Assembly: GCF_006345805.1 (NCBI RefSeq)
Contig: NC_042998.1
Coordinates: 88,350,001 to 88,414,000, forward strand
Source of the DNA: Octopus sinensis
Taxonomy: Eukaryota
Length of the DNA stretch: 64,000 nt
Direction of reading: 5' to 3'
Shown here: in pieces, positions 59,241 through 64,000 of the stretch
Position numbering within the stretch: the stretch's first letter is position 1
How the letters are laid out: every line of letters begins with the position of its first letter
Notes under the pieces: model-generated
What the model saw: the letters and a program-made list of their open reading frames with translations, nothing else
What the model was told of the DNA's origin: nothing
Databases searched by the model: none
Translations under genes and position numbers: made by a program

Positions 59241-60424
59241 AATAATACTTTTAAAGTGCGCTGCCTCTTAACACACATACTGAAATCAAAATAAGCATAG
59301 TACTTTTGCGGTTCCTAATGGAACATTTATTTATTTGTTTAATCTTATTTTGTAACGACATTAACGATATCAGCAGAAACATTGAAAGTACCACCTTCGT
59401 GTCCTTTTTATTTTTCTTATTTTATGTAATGAGGCTATTAGTAATTTCCACATTCATCGCCACCACCATCAAGGGGCTTAATGAGTGGCTTACTTAGACA
59501 AAATAGCAGCACCTTGGTCAATTCTGATGGCAAAGTCTGAGAATTTTAGCTGTTGAGATTATTGAATGTTTATATTTTCTTTTACACTTATGGCAGTGTA
59601 ACGTGATTATATAATTTGAATTTGGCAAAAAGGGCTTCTTATCAGCTATCTATGGCTTCTGTTATCAGTAGAAATTCTGCTCGTTTTGCACAATTTATCT
59701 TTTAATGGCAATTGTATTTGGTACTGTTTTTTTTGTTTGTTTGTTGTTTTTCTCTTACAAAACAGTCTGTGTTTGCCTTCAAGAGTATGTATTTGAGTAT
59801 GTGAATTCAGTTTGCTTGTTTACTGTCAAATAAATGAAACCATGCAAGTTTAAACCAACATAACTTGTATCATGATTTTAACAAATGTCATAGTCGCTAA
59901 AATAAAATAATATAAAATACCATTTGCGGATAATATTAGTTTCTTAAGTTGCGGATTATAGAATGCTTTTTATTATAATTATATTTCTAATATTGTTATT
60001 CTTATGTTTTACAAATAATTTCGTCTGTTTCGTTGCACATTTTGATTTTTATCTGTTTTCTCCCAGCTCGAAAGTTTAATTAGTAGTTCACAGTCATTTC
60101 TGTCAAAAGAAAGACCAATCTCTTTAAGAGGCAGAACATTATATAATTTAGCAAGATTCACTCCATCTCAGACATATCGATTTCTTTCCATAACAAAAAA
60201 AACAGAACATATTTTCTTCCCTGAGCTTTATTCAGCACTGAAAATATACTTTGCGTCACATGTACTTATGATATCATCCAAACCCGATAAAATGCAGAAT
60301 TCAATTCAGTTAAAATTTAATCTCAGATTTAAAAGAGCTAATGTTACTTACTAAAAAATATTCATTCTGACATTCTAACTAACCCATCATCTTTGCCTGT
60401 TATATATATATATGTGTGTGTGTT

Positions 60425-60524
<100 letters not shown>

Positions 60525-60559
60525 CATATATATATATATATGCATATATGGGTACAGGA

Positions 60560-61140
60560 GGTTACAAAACGTAAACAACATGAAATACGAAGGCAAACTT
60601 GGGTATGCGAACAACTCGAGAAACAAATGGAAAACAATACAAGTAACATAAGGAACGACACTTCATCAGTTGTCGGCTTTTCATCTACTCCACATATCGA
60701 GCAATTTAACGACAATATGAGGCTTCGAAAAACAGTTGCCCCCGCGAACCAAAATAAAATTTGGGATTTGCCGAGGGTCAAAGTTGGTAACAAATACAGG
60801 ATACTGGAGACATACAACAAACCAAACGAAAACAAAAGTGGGGCTGCTAGGCCAGACGAGGTAAAGTAGCGATCGCTGGAGGAATATTCTTTGACAAGAG
60901 AAAAGATAGGAGATGAGACAGATAAGAATGCGTCAGGTCTGTGCGACAGACTGAAAGAAAAGATGATCACGTGAGGAATAGAAAGATGGACGATGGTCAC
61001 GGTGTTCGCCTACATTTTGGATTAAAACACCGATGTTCCACGCGACAGGCTTGATAATTGTTGAGGTATTCTTTAACATGAAACCTATGGTAGCCTTGAT
61101 ACACAAATAATCTTTATCCACCAATTCGATGTTGGGCACT
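60560..61140 (+). pseudogene. Possible decayed AP-endonuclease region of an RTE-like LINE
   Basis: Fragments TKVGLL (cf. GVG.LL), SLEEY, MVTVFAY (cf. TI..VYAP) and TDVPRD..IIV..FFNMK (cf. .IP..D..II.GDFNAK), spread over several frames with stops. Confidence 0.35.
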
Positions 61141-61173
61141 CATTCTCATTGTTCGATACTTAAGCATATATAT

Positions 61174-61230
<57 letters not shown>

Positions 61231-61274
61231 CACTGTTTGTGAATATTATTATTATTATTATATTATTATTATTA

Positions 61275-61330
<56 letters not shown>

Positions 61331-61341
61331 TCATTATTATT

Positions 61342-61898
61342 GAGTGAGCGAGCAGAGCATGCCATCAAAGTGACACCGGGGTAAAATATACGAAGCCCAG
61401 TATACCCATCATGACTACCCGTCTGATAAGGGTACACCAGGCACATGCATCACAACCATATGTGCGCGACATGGTGATCTTATATCAAGATAAACAGCAC
61501 ATGACCTTGCAGGTGGAGCCCAGTTAGAATTTTCCTCAGATCGAGTAACCCATCCCGCTCAAAAGGTCCCTGAATAAGGGTTATCCAAGGACGTTGAACG
61601 AAACACCCATGTTTCCAGAGGTGAATTATTCAAACCCCAAAGAATCCCTCTCAACACATGGCTATGATGCTCCCCCACTACTTCTGCTCGTGATCAGAGA
61701 TGCACATATCGTCAGCCACCAAGGGACATGCTCAACTGGTTAAGGTCAAACAACTGACAAGCAAATCTGTGGTATTGAGCAGAATATTTACCGTAGCCCA
61801 TCTTTTATACCAAGACAAAACAATGTACATGATAACACTTCCAATCAGTTAAGATCAGAAGCCATGAGAGCCACTGCCTGGTACTGCATCAGGGCATT
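61342..61898. mobile_element. ~560-bp non-coding interspersed element embedded in (TTA)n/(TAA)n
   Basis: Complex, GC-richer sequence with sharp borders against (TTA)n at 61244-61341 and 61899-62045. No ORF, TIR or tRNA head seen. Confidence 0.65.
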
Positions 61899-61966
61899 TA
61901 TTATCATTATTATTATCATTATTATTATTATCATTATTATTATTATTATTATAATTATTATTATTA

Positions 61967-62021
<55 letters not shown>

Positions 62022-62840
62022 CATCATTATTATTATTATTTAATAACTTATAAAGTATTCCATTTTTTAGAGTTTTAATTTATGTTTTACTTTATACTAC
62101 ATCACAAGGGATTACTGCTGCAAAATCTATGCTAATTCAACAGTCCCTGAACAAACTGGTTCGAGTTACTGCAAAGCAGAAGAACAAGGAGTAAAATGTC
62201 TTTGTTCCGCTTTATTTGAATCCTTTCTCTTGTGGCTGCAGGCCGAAGCAAACACAAATACAAAGATTGAAAAAATATTAATAAATTAGATTTAAAAAAA
62301 GGCTCTGTCTAATGTCCTTCAATACACATAACAGAATACTTAGCACCTTAAATTTCACAAAGATTTTATGAGCTTTTACTGTTGCTTAAATACTGACGTT
62401 CATTTTCGGCAGCGCTTATCAGTAAGTTATACGCTCCATGCTCTGGTCAGTGTGGCATAACGTTTCTGTATTTAAATCCATCAATATTCCTAATACTCGT
62501 TAGTTTTTGCTTGATTTTCCAATATTTGGTCATTGTATGCATACACACAGAGACGTACACACATGCGCGCACGCACACACACACACAGACACGTATACAT
62601 ATATCAATAAATGATAAAAGTACAAGAGTTAAGTAGTCACTTTCATTAGCTTAAAGTTGTTTCTCCTACAAGGATTTGTGTATTTAGATATGAGCGCCAG
62701 TGCGCCAGCTCAAAGCCAGTTCAATGAAGTGTTATTTTATTGTGGAAAGCATTTAAATATATCATGTACTGTGATATTGATAACGTTGTACCTAAGCGGA
62801 ATCATTACACACACACACACACACACATACATACACACAC

Positions 62841-62871
<31 letters not shown>

Positions 62872-62880
62872 TATATATAT

Positions 62881-63075
62881 GGCTGTGTGGTAAGTAGCTT
62901 GCTTCCCAATCACATGGTTCTGGGTTCAGTCCCATTGTGGGGCACCGTGCGCAGGTGTCTTCTACTATAGCCTCGGGCCGACCGAAGCCTTGTGAGCGGA
63001 TTTGGTAGACGGAAACTAAAAGAAGCCCGTCGTATATGTCTACATATATATATATACATATATATAATATATATA

Positions 63076-63111
<36 letters not shown>

Positions 63112-63599
63112 TGTATGTATGTATGCATGCATGCATGCATGCATGTATGTATGTATGTATGTATGTATATATATATATTTGTATGTGCGTCTGTGTTTGT
63201 CCCCACCATCGCTTGACAATTGTTTTTGGTGTGTTTACGTCCCCATAACTTAGCGGTTCGGCAAAAGAGATCGATAGAATAAGTACTAGGCTTACAAAGA
63301 ATAAGTCCTGGGGTGGATTTGCTCGACTAAAGGCGGTGCTCCAGCATGGCCACAGTCCAATGACTGAAACAAGTAAAATAATAAAAGAATAAAAAAGAGT
63401 AAAAGAACAAATATACATAGGCGCAGGAGTGGTTGTGTGGTAAGTAGTTTGCTTACCAACCACATGGTTCCTGGTTCAGTCCCACTGCATGGCACCTTGG
63501 GCAAGTGTCTTCTACTATATCCTCGGGCCGACCAAAGCCTTGTGAGTGGATTTGGTAGACGGAATCTGAAATAAGCAAAATATGTGTGTGTGTGTGTGT

Positions 63600-63640
<41 letters not shown>

Positions 63641-63870
63641 GTGTGTGTGTATGTTTGTGTTTGTGACCTCAACATCGCTTGTCAACCGATGCTGGTGTGT
63701 TTACGTCCCGTAACCTAGCGGTTCGGCAAGAGAGATCGATTGAATAAGTACTAGGATTACAAATAATAAGTCCTGGGGTTGATTTGCTCGATTAAAGGTG
63801 CTGCTCCAGCATGGCTGCAGTCAAATGGCTGGAACAAATAAAAGAATGAAAGAATAAAAGAATATAAAAG
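62881..63870 (+). mobile_element. Two tandem family B SINEs (62881-63410 and ~63420-63870), each with an internal microsatellite
   Basis: Both have a tRNA-like head, caagtgtcttctactata.cctcgggccgacc, an internal (TA)/(TATG) or (TG) tract, and a 3' domain ending aaagaataaaaga. Confidence 0.92.
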
Positions 63871-64000
63871 AACATACATTCATACATACACAGACAAATG
63901 TGAATTTGTGTGTGTTGACTACAACCCAAAGATGAGGCCTCGTATCTTTGGTAGAAACCGGTTCCCTCCTCAGTGGAAGGTGTATAATAATTAAAAAATA

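Noticed and set aside
61843-61895. U2 snRNA-like words (atcagttaagatcaga; cctggtactgca)
   Set aside because: Two short imperfect matches with wrong spacing, no Sm site and no branch-pairing region.

Overview
AT-rich eukaryotic DNA saturated with microsatellites ((TA)n, (CA)n, (CT)n, (TACA)n, (GATA)n, (TAA)n). The SINE families and repeat landscape look like an octopus (coleoid cephalopod) genome; this is pattern recognition, not a database result. I cannot support any intact host protein-coding gene, rRNA, true tRNA gene or CRISPR array, and most ORFs in the track are translated microsatellites. The window is essentially a mobile-element record. It holds a 5'-truncated R4/Dong-type RT+REL retrotransposon in a (TAA)n tract (6781-9559) and a divergent REL-endonuclease retroelement 3' end inside a (TACA)n tract (47745-48254). 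It also holds two Helitrons sharing a 3' hairpin-CTAG end (one with Pif1 helicase remnants), a ~910 bp foldback element with ~270 bp TIRs, an 8 bp TSD and a telomere-like core, and an internally deleted mariner. Further elements are decayed RTE/CR1-type LINE pieces, three tRNA-derived SINE families, and Penelope-like short elements with hammerhead-like motifs, including a head-to-head palindromic unit with a 12 bp TSD. The most promising lead is a set of retroelements partitioned by microsatellite motif, including a possible (TACA)n-targeting REL lineage. A cluster of near-perfect hairpins (17473-17804) and a candidate promoter/exon island (34.5-36.6 kb) are also worth checking.
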